From positions 6,544-70,543 of IMG/VR virus record IMGVR_UViG_3300031867_000041: a stretch of DNA of 64,000 nucleotides; one strand, 5' to 3'. This DNA comes from a virus (Duplodnaviria; Caudoviricetes). The notes under the pieces are model-generated. The model saw only the letters and a list, made by a program, of their open reading frames with translations. It searched no databases and was not told the DNA's origin. Both the position numbers and the translations under genes were made by a program. Positions 20,159 through 30,825 of the stretch are shown one piece after another (position 1 is the stretch's first letter; each line of letters opens with the position of its first letter).

Positions 20159-21379
20159 TTAATTTAATACACTTTGAGACACTTGCTCGATCCACCTATA
20201 TAATAAGGAACGCATTCGTTCACTGGGGATGTAAATCCAAATTTCTCCACCGTCACGAATTGCCGACCGCCAAATCCATTGAAGCATTTCAGAAAGAGCA
20301 AAGCCGTTTTCATCTACATTCACACCATGGTCTTGGAAAAATCCTTTAACCATTGGATTCAAAAATATATTCACCGGATACGCGAGAGAATGTCGTTCGC
20401 GATATTCGTTAATGGCCCTGGCATTTACAAATAAATAGCATTTTGTGTAACCTTTACCTTTTAATTGAGTTTCGTAATCTTTAAAGCAAGTCCATACGTT
20501 GTCTTGAGAATTTTGTGGACGTATGTTGTTAAAGAAATTGTACAAGTTATTTTTCAGTTGTTTCATTACGGCGCTGTGCGAATTCCGATCATACCAAGAA
20601 GAGGAGAGCGCGAATTCTCCATTTCCAATCTTATTCATCTTTGGATTGTCCAGTATATGAACAAGTTCTTTATAGTTATAATAGATATCTGGAGTCGGCT
20701 CGTTGGTAAAATGGTAGTTGTCTATATTATCTCCGGTAACATGAATAAATGAATACTTAATATTATAGTAATCATAATAGTATCTTTGAATCTGAGAATT
20801 AAACATATAAGTCAAAATGTAAATGTTTTGAAATACTTTGAATACTTCAATAGGAAATAACCACATAAGCATTCTGCCACGGGCAAGAGCAAGACCGCCC
20901 AGATTACACATATTTTTTGCGTCATTAAATTTGCCGTTATAATCTTTATGTTCTGGCCTCCAAGAGAGCATTCCAGTTTCTTCATCGAAATCACAATACG
21001 TATTTAATAAATTATGGATATCATCTTCCGAGTATTTCATGTCGTGTACAACGTCTGCTACTTCATCCATTATAAGCGTGTAATTTAATACGGAACACAG
21101 TTCTACAATTTCTTCATCAAATCTCTGGAAAAGAGCATGAGTACTAACTATATTTCGACCTTGGCGAATTAATTCTTTTATGCCATTTAATTTTTTGCCT
21201 CGCTTTTTGTACGGCTCTACAAATTTTTTCTTTGGGCATTCATTCTGGTATCTTGCCACCTCGCTGTTGTACGGAGTTATAACAAGAAAACGTTGTCCTT
21301 TGCTTTCATTAATATAGTTGATTGCACTGCAAGTTTTTCCAGATCCCATTGGTTTGTCTACAATAAATACTTCTCCCAT
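20159..21379 (-). CDS. SF2 helicase-like/DEAD-fold protein
   Basis: MGSGKT Walker A, LIMDEV Walker B, C-terminal QWIWRSAIR. Confidence 0.75.
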   Translation of the reverse strand: MGEVFIVDKPMGSGKTCSAINYINESKGQRFLVITPYNSEVARYQNECPKKKFVEPYKKRGKKLNGIKELIRQGRNIVSTHALFQRFDEEIVELCSVLNYTLIMDEVADVVHDMKYSEDDIHNLLNTYCDFDEETGMLSWRPEHKDYNGKFNDAKNMCNLGGLALARGRMLMWLFPIEVFKVFQNIYILTYMFNSQIQRYYYDYYNIKYSFIHVTGDNIDNYHFTNEPTPDIYYNYKELVHILDNPKMNKIGNGEFALSSSWYDRNSHSAVMKQLKNNLYNFFNNIRPQNSQDNVWTCFKDYETQLKGKGYTKCYLFVNARAINEYRERHSLAYPVNIFLNPMVKGFFQDHGVNVDENGFALSEMLQWIWRSAIRDGGEIWIYIPSERMRSLLYRWIEQVSQSVLN

Positions 21380-21448
21380 AAATCAGAACACCTCCTATAT
21401 AAGTAGAATTTTGCAAGCTACACTGCCGTTGGCGGTGTAGCTTCACAG

Positions 21449-21795
21449 CATAGTAGTAATAATAGTTGTACTACTCTGTATAGTAGTAAAAACTATTTTT
21501 TAATACCTTGCATAGTAGTATCAACAATGATTTCACTAATTACATAGTAGTTAAAACCATTTTTAATACTCGCATAGTAGTGAAAATAATTTTTACTACC
21601 TTCAAAGTAGTAAAATTAAAACCTTGCTTGATATGAATATCATGCTATTTAGTCCCATAAAATGAAATTTATTAAAGTGGCAAAAAGTAGTAAAATTAAA
21701 ATTTCTGCCTTATAGAACAAGGGTTTCACGCGACAGCCCTTTTAAGAATATAGTAAAAAAGTAGTAAAATTAGATAGATAAAAAATAGTAGTCAC
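21449..21795. repeat. Phased AGTAGT iteron-like repeats in the non-coding strand-switch region (candidate origin)
   Basis: AGTAGT starts at 21452, 21482, 21514, 21546, 21576, 21606 (30-32 bp spacing), then 21686, 21760, 21787; AT-rich. Confidence 0.7.
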
Positions 21796-22357
21796 TACCA
21801 TGTAGCAGTAACTATTTAATTTAATATGAATTATAACAAACGAAAAATAAAAAGTCAACGAGAAAATCCTGTATAGAACAAAGTTGTTTGTATAAACATT
21901 TTGTCTTTACAGGATCTTTTTTGTCGTATATATATTTTTTATTTTTTACATGGCCGTTTCATGGAGAGTGACTTATCCACATAAGCGAAAAATATAAAAA
22001 CGAAATGATCAAAAGGTTTTATCAACTCAATGTGGAAAACCATGTGGAAAAAACCATATGCGGCCATGTCTTATAACAAAGTAGTTGTGAATAGACAACG
22101 ATTAGTTTTGCGATGGAAGTTTCGCAAAATGATAGCAGTGTGAAAGAAGAGCAGCTTAACCAAAACCAGCCGAAAATCAATGCTTTTTCGCTAAAATAAC
22201 CCCCCATTCGATCTGGAAATTTCGAAAAATGTATATTTTGCGAAACTTGCGGATTGCTATGGAGATGGTATTGTCGACTCATCAAAGGAAAAGTCCTTTG
22301 AAATATATCACATCACGCCACACACGTGGCGAGCGCAGAGCGCGGAAAGGAGTCATT

Positions 22358-22771
22358 ATGATGACAAAGAAGGAAATGCAGGAAATGATCGCACAGATGC
22401 AGGCACAGATGCAGGCACAGAGTGAGCTTATCGAAAAGCTCACCGCACAGGCAGCTGCACAGACATCCGCACGTAAGGCTTCTCCGAAACTCGTAGATTT
22501 CACAAAAGCAGACGGAACTGTCGTAAAATGCACAGCCGCACAGGCGGCCGCATGGGGCAAGTTCCGTGACGCATCCGGTGAGCGCAAGGCTGCGTTCGAA
22601 ATGAAAGCCGGATGGGCAACAAAGCGTGAGGCGTACAAGCCCTCGAAGGCGCTTGTAGACGCCATCAAGAAGGACCGCGCAAGCATCACGCGCAAGATCG
22701 CAAAAGAGCAGTACGGCTTCGTAGGTACGAAAGACGACCTCAAAGCCCTTAAGGACAGCATCTGCAAGTAA
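22358..22771 (+). CDS. Early hypothetical protein (137 aa, Ala/Lys-rich)
   Basis: GAAAGGAG RBS before ATG 22358; followed by a strong terminator. Confidence 0.8.
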   Translation: MMTKKEMQEMIAQMQAQMQAQSELIEKLTAQAAAQTSARKASPKLVDFTKADGTVVKCTAAQAAAWGKFRDASGERKAAFEMKAGWATKREAYKPSKALVDAIKKDRASITRKIAKEQYGFVGTKDDLKALKDSICK

Positions 22772-22790
22772 TTGCCGGACATCATGTCCG

Positions 22791-22823
22791 AAGCCCTCGC
22801 CTTACGGCGAGGGCTTTTTTTTT
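22791..22823 (+). terminator. Rho-independent terminator
   Basis: AAGCCCTCGCC-TTAC-GGCGAGGGCTT followed by a T run. Confidence 0.9.
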
Positions 22824-23056
22824 ATGCCTATGAGGAGACCATGAAATCACCTTTCCCAGAAGGGTGAAGGCTTTCCTACATAGGATGGCCTTGGTCGAAA
22901 ACTCCCGAACGTCCGAGGTTTGGGAGCACAACAAGAACTGCTCTGTGCGTAGGACAACCTACGTGTAAACAGTTCGCGCCGAACGACTCACGGCATTGAG
23001 TTGAGTCAAGTTTGCAGTGTACGCAAGTACACACAGCCCAGAGGAGGGGCTTCACA

Positions 23057-24040
23057 ATGGCACGTAAAGATGAGAACACAGTAGCAACAGTATTCTATGT
23101 AACCGCATGCATGGACGGCACTATCACAGGCAGATACTTCGAGAATATGAAGGACGCCATCTCATATGTACAGTATGCGAATAAGGAAGGTCATGCGACC
23201 CTTTATGTGAATGGCTGGCTTATGCCCGACATTCTGAAGGACGAAACGTTCTTCTACGCATCCGTTAAAGCCGCAAAAGACGGCAAAGTGTGGAACGAAT
23301 ATGTCCACGGATTCACCACAAAGACGGCTCTCTCCTACATGGAGTCAGACTGCCTCTGCGAAGAAGACTGGAAGCAAGTCCGTAAGGACTTCATCGAGAA
23401 CGTCCGCAAGGACATCTCCGGCGAAGTGCCGGTCACTTGTGACGAAGTACCCGACGAACTGGGCGTCGCCAGGGTTAACGACAAAGACTTGGCAGACCTG
23501 TGCGAGGAGAACGGTTTTGACGTTCTTCCGTGTGGCACCGGAGAATTTAACGAAGACGGCGAGTGTGACGAGTTCTGGCTCATCTTTGAACACGGCGGTG
23601 AAGACGAGTATTTTGAGGACATCTATGAGGACGAGTCTGACGAAGAGCCTATCCTCGTGGAAGAAGAAGGAATTAACTGGGTATACGTTCCAGAAACACG
23701 CGAGAGCGTCTTCGAATCTCCAATGCTCCATGCCATTTGGGACGCATATGAAGGCGAAGGAGTTATTTACTTCGGCAAGCCATCGCGTCTGTATGGTGGT
23801 TTTAAGATTGATGATTATGTGAGCGGTATCACAGCATTCTCACAGGTCGAAGCGGTAATCAACACATACCTTGACGACCCCGATGACATCGAGGTCAGAG
23901 ACGGTGTCATCTACCGCCGACTTAAGAAGATGCCGTTTGATGTGGCGTCTTCGGATGGTTCTCACCTTGTTCATGCTACCGGTTGGGAATATCTCGACAA
24001 GTGTGGCACTCGCTGGATCATAGAGCTTGAAGAGGAGTAA
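23057..24040 (+). CDS. Acidic hypothetical early protein (327 aa)
   Basis: GAGGAGG RBS; long ORF. Confidence 0.8.
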   Translation: MARKDENTVATVFYVTACMDGTITGRYFENMKDAISYVQYANKEGHATLYVNGWLMPDILKDETFFYASVKAAKDGKVWNEYVHGFTTKTALSYMESDCLCEEDWKQVRKDFIENVRKDISGEVPVTCDEVPDELGVARVNDKDLADLCEENGFDVLPCGTGEFNEDGECDEFWLIFEHGGEDEYFEDIYEDESDEEPILVEEEGINWVYVPETRESVFESPMLHAIWDAYEGEGVIYFGKPSRLYGGFKIDDYVSGITAFSQVEAVINTYLDDPDDIEVRDGVIYRRLKKMPFDVASSDGSHLVHATGWEYLDKCGTRWIIELEEE

Positions 24041-24053
24041 TCCTCTTCGGCTC

Positions 24054-24111
24054 TGAGCCGTCTGGGAATGTGTGTTCCCACTGATGAGTTCCAAAAGGAC
24101 GAAACGGCTCA
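24054..24111 (+). ncRNA. Hammerhead ribozyme (type III topology)
   Basis: TGAGCCGTC cleavage triplet; stem I TGGGAA/TTCCCA; CTGATGA core; stem II GTTC/GGAC; GAAA; stem III closed by CGGCTCA. Confidence 0.9.
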
Positions 24112-24227
24112 TCAGAAATATGTGGTTGACCCATTAGGGTTGCGGTTGGCAACAATGCGGTGTTGAGTTGGTCAACTGTGCGAAGATACACCGGGCTGTG
24201 AACTGCCGAATGTTCAAAACTCACTAA

Positions 24228-24251
24228 TAGCACCCATGAGGTGCTTTTTTA
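24228..24251 (+). terminator. Rho-independent terminator
   Basis: AGCACC-CATGA-GGTGCT followed by T run. Confidence 0.65.
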
Positions 24252-24280
24252 TTTCCCATATGGGAGAAAGGACGGTAACC

Positions 24281-24595
24281 ATGAAGGCTTGCAAAATTGA
24301 TGTAGAAAAAATCACCGCAACTCAGAAGAAGGCTCTTAGAAAAATCAACGAGCTTGCAAACTCCATGCTCATGGCATGGGACGAGGAATATCTCTTCGAC
24401 TTATTCTGCGAGGCTGAAGACCTTTGGAATGAGTACTTCCCATTCGAAGCCGAGCAAGCCGGTGACGACTGGTGGGTAACCAAGCGGTTTAACGATGTGA
24501 GCCGTGAGATTCGCAACCGCAGAACTTGCGGAGTAACCATCAACCTGTTTGGATGTGATGTCACTGTCAACGTCAAGGAAGGAGGAAGTAACTAA
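24281..24595 (+). CDS. Hypothetical early protein
   Basis: GAAAGGA RBS; track ORF. Confidence 0.7.
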   Translation: MKACKIDVEKITATQKKALRKINELANSMLMAWDEEYLFDLFCEAEDLWNEYFPFEAEQAGDDWWVTKRFNDVSREIRNRRTCGVTINLFGCDVTVNVKEGGSN

Positions 24596-24835
24596 TGACG
24601 GCAGGGATTGCACTTATTGTCCTATATGCAATTACTGGGTTATCCGTTGTCATCATGATGGCTATGGATTAAATTCTCTGAAATTGACTCGGACGGTTAA
24701 TCTACGGATTGCCGTCTGGGTGAGTATCAGAGATGATACGACAATCGAATAAGGACTTGGACTCGCCAAGGTTGGTAGCTGTTGGTAAGCATTAGTAACT
24801 GTTGGTAAGTATTAAATAGTCAGGAGGAAAAGACT

Positions 24836-25495
24836 ATGGCGATGATTTACGTGAACAAGATGGACAAGTATTTTGAAGCCGAAAACACGGTTTCTGAAAT
24901 CGACCTTCTGGTCGAAGCGGATGAAAACCTCTTGGTTGTGGATGCGACCAAGAAGATGGCAAGAGCCGACCGTTACCGGAAGACCTCAAAGGCGAAGAAC
25001 CGCCGGAAGGATCTCTACAGCCGTTATGGCGAAGTGAGCAACTATGCTCACCGTAACTGGTACGACCATGATCCTATGGTCAATGTCTCGCCGGTCTTTG
25101 CTGGCAACGATGAGCCGGTAGCGTACATCAAGAAGGGTAAGAAGCCCTCTTGGGAGAAGGCTATGAAGAAGGTTCAGAACCGCAAGGTTCGCTATGAGAC
25201 CTTCGCAGAGCCGATGCCAGAGGTTCCGACAGCTACCGGAGTAACCATTGATGACGAGGGCGAGGAGTTCTGGCATCTGTACGTCAAAGACGTTCCGGTA
25301 GATGTTTCTCTGTCCTATACTCACTGGGATGTGTTTTATGAGTGGAAGAGGAATGAGGCTAACCGCTTGTTGTTTGAGGAATTAGACTTGACCATGGATG
25401 TCAAATTGGCAAAGCAGAAGTTGGAACTCGCGCAGTTACAGCTTGAGATTGCCGAGTTGAAGCTTAAGACCTTTAAGCTTCGCAACAATCGCTAA
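24836..25495 (+). CDS. Hypothetical early protein (219 aa)
   Basis: AGGAGG RBS; track ORF. Confidence 0.75.
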   Translation: MAMIYVNKMDKYFEAENTVSEIDLLVEADENLLVVDATKKMARADRYRKTSKAKNRRKDLYSRYGEVSNYAHRNWYDHDPMVNVSPVFAGNDEPVAYIKKGKKPSWEKAMKKVQNRKVRYETFAEPMPEVPTATGVTIDDEGEEFWHLYVKDVPVDVSLSYTHWDVFYEWKRNEANRLLFEELDLTMDVKLAKQKLELAQLQLEIAELKLKTFKLRNNR

Positions 25496-25955
25496 TTGAC
25501 TTCTCGGTTGACCCAGCCATGGACAATGTCTGTGGCTGAGATGAGCGGAGAAATCAATAATGCTCAAGAAAGAAGGTGATACAGATGTTGCAGATAGTAC
25601 AGCTGCAAGACGGTTGTTACCGAGTAACAGTGGACTACTCCGTGGATGGCATAACCATTCATAGAGAGTGGACATTCGCTGTTGCAGAGTCAGACGCTGA
25701 ACCTCTCGAAGGTGGCGAACTGATAAGATTGGCACTTGCTAATCAGTAACAACGTCACGGTCTGAGGAGTAGTCGAAACTTGGCTACTCCTTGGACTGCT
25801 GTACTGCACAGTGAGGTTTGCATCTCAAACTACGCTGGAGTTGACTGATGTGGACGTTGGTTCTGGTGGTTATTGAGGCGTAACTGTACAATATTAAATT
25901 TCATGTTGACAAAGACGGCGAACGTGCCGTACACAATTATTAGGAGGAATGAATT

Positions 25956-26357
25956 ATGGCAAGAACGGCTAAAAACAACGATGTTACTATGAATGAGCTT
26001 CAGGAGCTGATGCTCCAGATGATGAACACGATGAACGCCATGATGGCGACTCAGCAGAGCAACACCACTACAACTGCGAAGAAGACTGCCACGAAGAAGA
26101 CCACGAAGAAGTCTGCGCCGAAGAAGACCACTGGTAAGACCGCTGATAAGACCACGAAGAAGAGCACTTGGATGTCCAAAGATGAGTTCAAGGCTCAGTT
26201 CTCTGAGGCTGACCGCATGGCATATGGCAAGATTGCAAGGGAAGTTCGTTCTGAGATGCTTGCCGAAGCACAGGCAAACGGATATTGGAGTCCGAAAGAG
26301 TACAAGGCTGAGTTCAAAGCGAGAGTAAATGCTCGTCTTGGAAAGGAGGCAAAGTAA
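25956..26357 (+). CDS. Lys/Thr-rich basic protein (133 aa)
   Basis: AGGAGG RBS; KKTT repeats. Confidence 0.75.
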   Translation: MARTAKNNDVTMNELQELMLQMMNTMNAMMATQQSNTTTTAKKTATKKTTKKSAPKKTTGKTADKTTKKSTWMSKDEFKAQFSEADRMAYGKIAREVRSEMLAEAQANGYWSPKEYKAEFKARVNARLGKEAK

Positions 26358-26358
26358 T

Positions 26359-29300
26359 ATGAGCAGATATTGCAAGGGAATTCTCATTCCGATTCTTCTG
26401 ATTGTAGCATTTATTATTGTTGGCAAGGTAGATGGGGGAGCCGAAGCTGGCTCCTTCCCAAAGACCGAGAACACCAGAGTCCAGATAGTAATAACCTTAG
26501 AAGACGGCAACACCTTTGTTGTTGCAGATTACAACAAGGACGTAACATTCAACACTTACGGCAGTGACGACCACAGACAGTGGCGTCCTGTCGGTGAGTA
26601 TTATATGTCAGTAAAATATTAAATAGGAGGTATTTAAGATGCTGTCTTACGGAATTGCAGCTATGGTGTTAATCAGTATGTTTTCCGCCAAAGGAAACGA
26701 AGTCTTCTATGCGGAAACCTTCATTGTAACCGAGGTAAAGGAAACCGTTGCCGTATTTAGATGCTATGGTGACTACAACCTCTGCTTCACTCAGCCAAGT
26801 GAAGACTGGTTCGAAGGTGACCTGGCATCTTGCATTATGACCAACAACGGAACTCCATACTGGGTATATGATGACGTTCCGTTAACTTGCAAGGCATCTG
26901 GATGGATCGAATTCGATGCCTTGACTTGCCAGTAAAGGAGATGAGCTTATGGCAAGAAAGTACTATACATCAACCATGTTCTGTGGCGAAATCATTCTGT
27001 GTCTCGACAGAGCGTATAACTCATACGAAGAAGCGAAAGCAAACACAGACGACATTTACAACGATGTCGATTGGGAAGAGTTCGATAAAGATTGGCACTT
27101 CATTGGTTCAAGTTACCAAGACAACTTGTTTAATCCATACGAAGGAGAGTGAATGATATGACGTATCCAAATAGATATGAACTTGAACCAAGGAAACGTA
27201 AACCGTATGAAGTAGCTTGTGGCTTGATTGCGGTATACGGAGCAACCAGAAAGCAGTTCAACTACAAACTCTACGGTATCAACCGAAGAGAAATGAAGGA
27301 AATCTGGAACACCGCAGAAAGAGATATGAGCGGAAAAAGCAGAGTGTGCTATTGCTGTTACGCAAGATAAGAAAGGAGCCGGAATCATGGCAGAAGAAAT
27401 CAGATTCAAAAAGGTAAGCAAAGTGGAAACTGAGATGGATACAGAAGGGAACGAGTACTTCTACTTCAACGGAAAGCATTATTTGAAAGATTTCATCCGT
27501 TGTCATAACAATCCGTGGATTTCGGATGTATTCCCGGAGTGGCTTGACGCTGTGGAAATAGAAAACTATTACAACCCTCTGGGAATCAGATATGATTCCA
27601 GAAGCGAGATGGTAATTGTTTACGAAAGCGAGGTGGCATGAAAGGTTACTACGTAGCCTGTGGTTACATGGGCTACGTTGACGGAAGTTACATTTTGTTT
27701 GCAAGTGAAAGTGAATACATTGAATATTTCAAAGAAAGGACGAATGAATGATGATTACAAAGGAAATGGCTACCGAATTCTGGAGAGACTTGATGGGAAC
27801 GCTGTGGCATGATGCAGATACAAAAGTAACTCATGGCATCATGAGTGAGTATCTTGTGGCAGACCACATGAGAATCACAACAGACAAAGCAAAAGCATTT
27901 CTTGATGCTTGTATCCGCTATGGGATTACAGAAAGGCAAGGTGGTGCTTATGTAGTGTAACTCGAAGAACTCGTAAACGTAAACAATCGCATATTAAAGG
28001 AGGACTGCAACATGAAAGAGTTAAATGTGTTGTGTAACCAGTTCAACAAGGAACATCGTGGCAAAGGAATCTTGTGTACAACTCCAAACGTTGGCGGAAC
28101 GGTAAATGTTGTACTTGGTTGTGTTCCTCTTATTCAAGGAGTGACCGAAAGAGAAGCCTTTTATGTAATCGCAGCCATCAGCAATTATGAAAAACAGCAA
28201 AGGAGATGAACAGATATGGCGTACAAAAGAAAGACAAAAGATGTATGGCGAATTGAGATTGACTATGGCTATGGAGAGTATGAGGTAGTCAGTGAATATG
28301 ACAGCTACAGAGAAGCGAAAGAAGATTTTCACGAATATTACATTCATGCAAGATCCTATAACGGAAGATGTATTCTCAGGAAGAGAAGGGAGCGGTTGGC
28401 ATGATTCGTACAGTTCCAAGAAATCCTATTGATAGATACATTGGAGAAGGTGACAGGTGTATAAGAGATAAACACGGCAAGATAATTGCTTGGTCGGCCG
28501 GAACAAGCGAAGAGGATTTGCAAAGGATTCTCAAAGAGAACCGTAACAGCTACGAATCCATTGGAATGTATGATACAGAGAGGAGAATGATAGTATGACA
28601 AAAAAGCAGAAAGAATTAATTAACGACAACCTTAGAGCATTTGTTCACAACTTTGGAGATGTTCGCATCGAAAAAGAAGATTACGGCAAAGGATTCTATG
28701 TATTCTATCCGGCGAAAAGCGAAAGCTGGATTCAGTTCTGCTATGACATCAATTACTTAAATGGATGGCTCTACGGAGTCGTTCAAGGATGCTTGAGAGG
28801 CGAGTTCCAAAAGAAAGGTGGTGAATGATATGACAAAAGCAGAAGCCGTAAAGGAATTCAAGATGTTATATGAAAATCTGTATACGAACCATGTTGACTA
28901 CTGGACGGCAGAACAGTACTGGTCGTATTACACAGATGCTCTTTGCAAAGAAGGCAAGATAACCCAGAAACAGTATAGTAACTGGAAAACACCATTTAGA
29001 TACGGAAAGCATATCTAAGAAAGGAGACGCGTAAATATGTTGAAGATTGAATTTACGACTAATGGAGCCGCATTCGAAGATGAATATGCGGAAACAACTT
29101 GGGATAAGATGTATCACAGAAACGAAGAGGTCAAACGAGTCCTGAAAAACATCTGTAACCAGTTAGACAACGGAAAGACATGCGGAGCTTGTATGGACAT
29201 CAACGGAAACAAAGTTGGTGAATGGAGTATTGATTAAGGAGGAACAAACTATGACATACGGAGAAACGGAACTGTTAGTGAAAGACCTTGAGGAAATCAA

Positions 29301-30786
29301 AAGCTTTTGTGAATACTTTCTCGACAAGAGAGTAAACGAAGTAAGAACAAGCCGTGAAGAGGTTGCAAATTGTTTTTGCAACCTCGGATTCAATGTAACT
29401 GAATGTGGAATTCGTCACTGGAGCATTGTTCGCCCAGAAGTTAAATGCGAAGAAACTGGATACGAGTTTTAAGAAAGGAATGAGGTAGTAGAAATGATGG
29501 TCCCGTGTAATTACGAAATCAACGTTGCAACTCAACCTGAAAAGAATGCAGAGTACGGCAGACATTACTGCCGGATTGAACTTGGACAGTGTTCATATGA
29601 AGAAGCGAAAGAAAAATTCAATATGTTTAATAAGAAACTTGGCGATGAATTTAGACTAACACTAATAAAAGTAACGTGTAGTTCAGAATGGATTGAATGT
29701 GAAAGTGAGGTATGAATATGAAAAGCTTTTACGACTACGTGAAGGAACACGGCAACGATGTCAAGTTTGAGTTTTCTGTGTGGAACGGCAATGGTTACAA
29801 TAGTGTTGAGTTAGAAGCCAAATTGACAGATAAAGATGAGTTTCTTCTATTAGAAGAAGGCAAAATCATTCATGTAATCGAGGATGATTGCGACTTGATT
29901 GATTACATCGAAGAGAAATACAAAGCAGAAATCCGTATCTGTGATTACTGTGGTGGAGTTATGCAGGAAGGCATGACAGACGATGGAGGAGATTTTTACA
30001 ATCACGTAGAATGTTTCGACAAAGATATGGACGAACGTTACGGCAAAGGCAACTGGAGAGGTATTCCAGAAGATGAAAACGGAGAAGTAAATGCAAACTG
30101 GCTCGGCGGTTTTTATGAATATAGAGAAGACGAAAACTCTGAATGGGAACCGGAACCAAGCTACTACACAGAATGGTATTAAGGAGGTGCAACTATGAAA
30201 GGTTTTACATTTCCATTTGGTCGTAAAGATGTCTTCGTAGAAACGGAGCGCAAAAACAAAACAGAATCACTTGCCAGTATGATTCTGAAGAAACTTGTAA
30301 ACATTGGCTATGATATACCGGATAACCCATCCACAAGGAAAGAGGTGATGTACTACTTGCAAAAAGCCGAGTGTGAAATCCACAAGCTTCCAAGCGGAAG
30401 AGAATACTACGAAATACATGGAGATAACTTTGGTGGCAAAGGCAGTTTTGTTGATGATGGTATGACAATCATTATTCGTTTGTAGAAAAGGAGAGCATAT
30501 GAATAAATATCTTGTAACATATGAAATTGAAGGCGAAATCTTAGAACCTGTAATAGAAACGGCTGTGCAGATTTTTAATAAAATGGCTATGGATGATTGC
30601 TACGATATCCGTATACTCGATCTTAAACTTCTCCAGAAGCCGGAGAACAGAGCGAATGTATTCTATCCGACATGTGAATTCTACGGAACATGGCACAACC
30701 CGAAAGATTCGCTTCGGATGGAAATCCGTAGAAAGTTTATAGACACAGATGTTGTCTATGATGTAGGCTATGCACCAGACCACTAA
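26359..30786 (+). other. Array of about 17 short, tightly packed hypothetical early ORFs
   Basis: Head-to-tail ORFs with strong RBSs, e.g. 26639..26935, 27387..27641, 28595..28828, 29712..30182, 30195..30485, 30499..30786. Confidence 0.75.
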
Positions 30787-30825
30787 ATAAATAATACATA
30801 TATAATATTAAAGGAGGACTGCAAC

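Noticed and set aside
24770-24815. Short direct repeat CTGTTGGTAAG x2 as a CRISPR remnant
   Set aside because: Only two 11-nt copies about 20 nt apart, with no spacer-length interval.
22282-26513. Long antisense track ORFs (e.g. 22282..22785, 23345..23731, 25830..26513)
   Set aside because: They are shadows of GC-richer plus-strand genes and lack an RBS or protein-like features.
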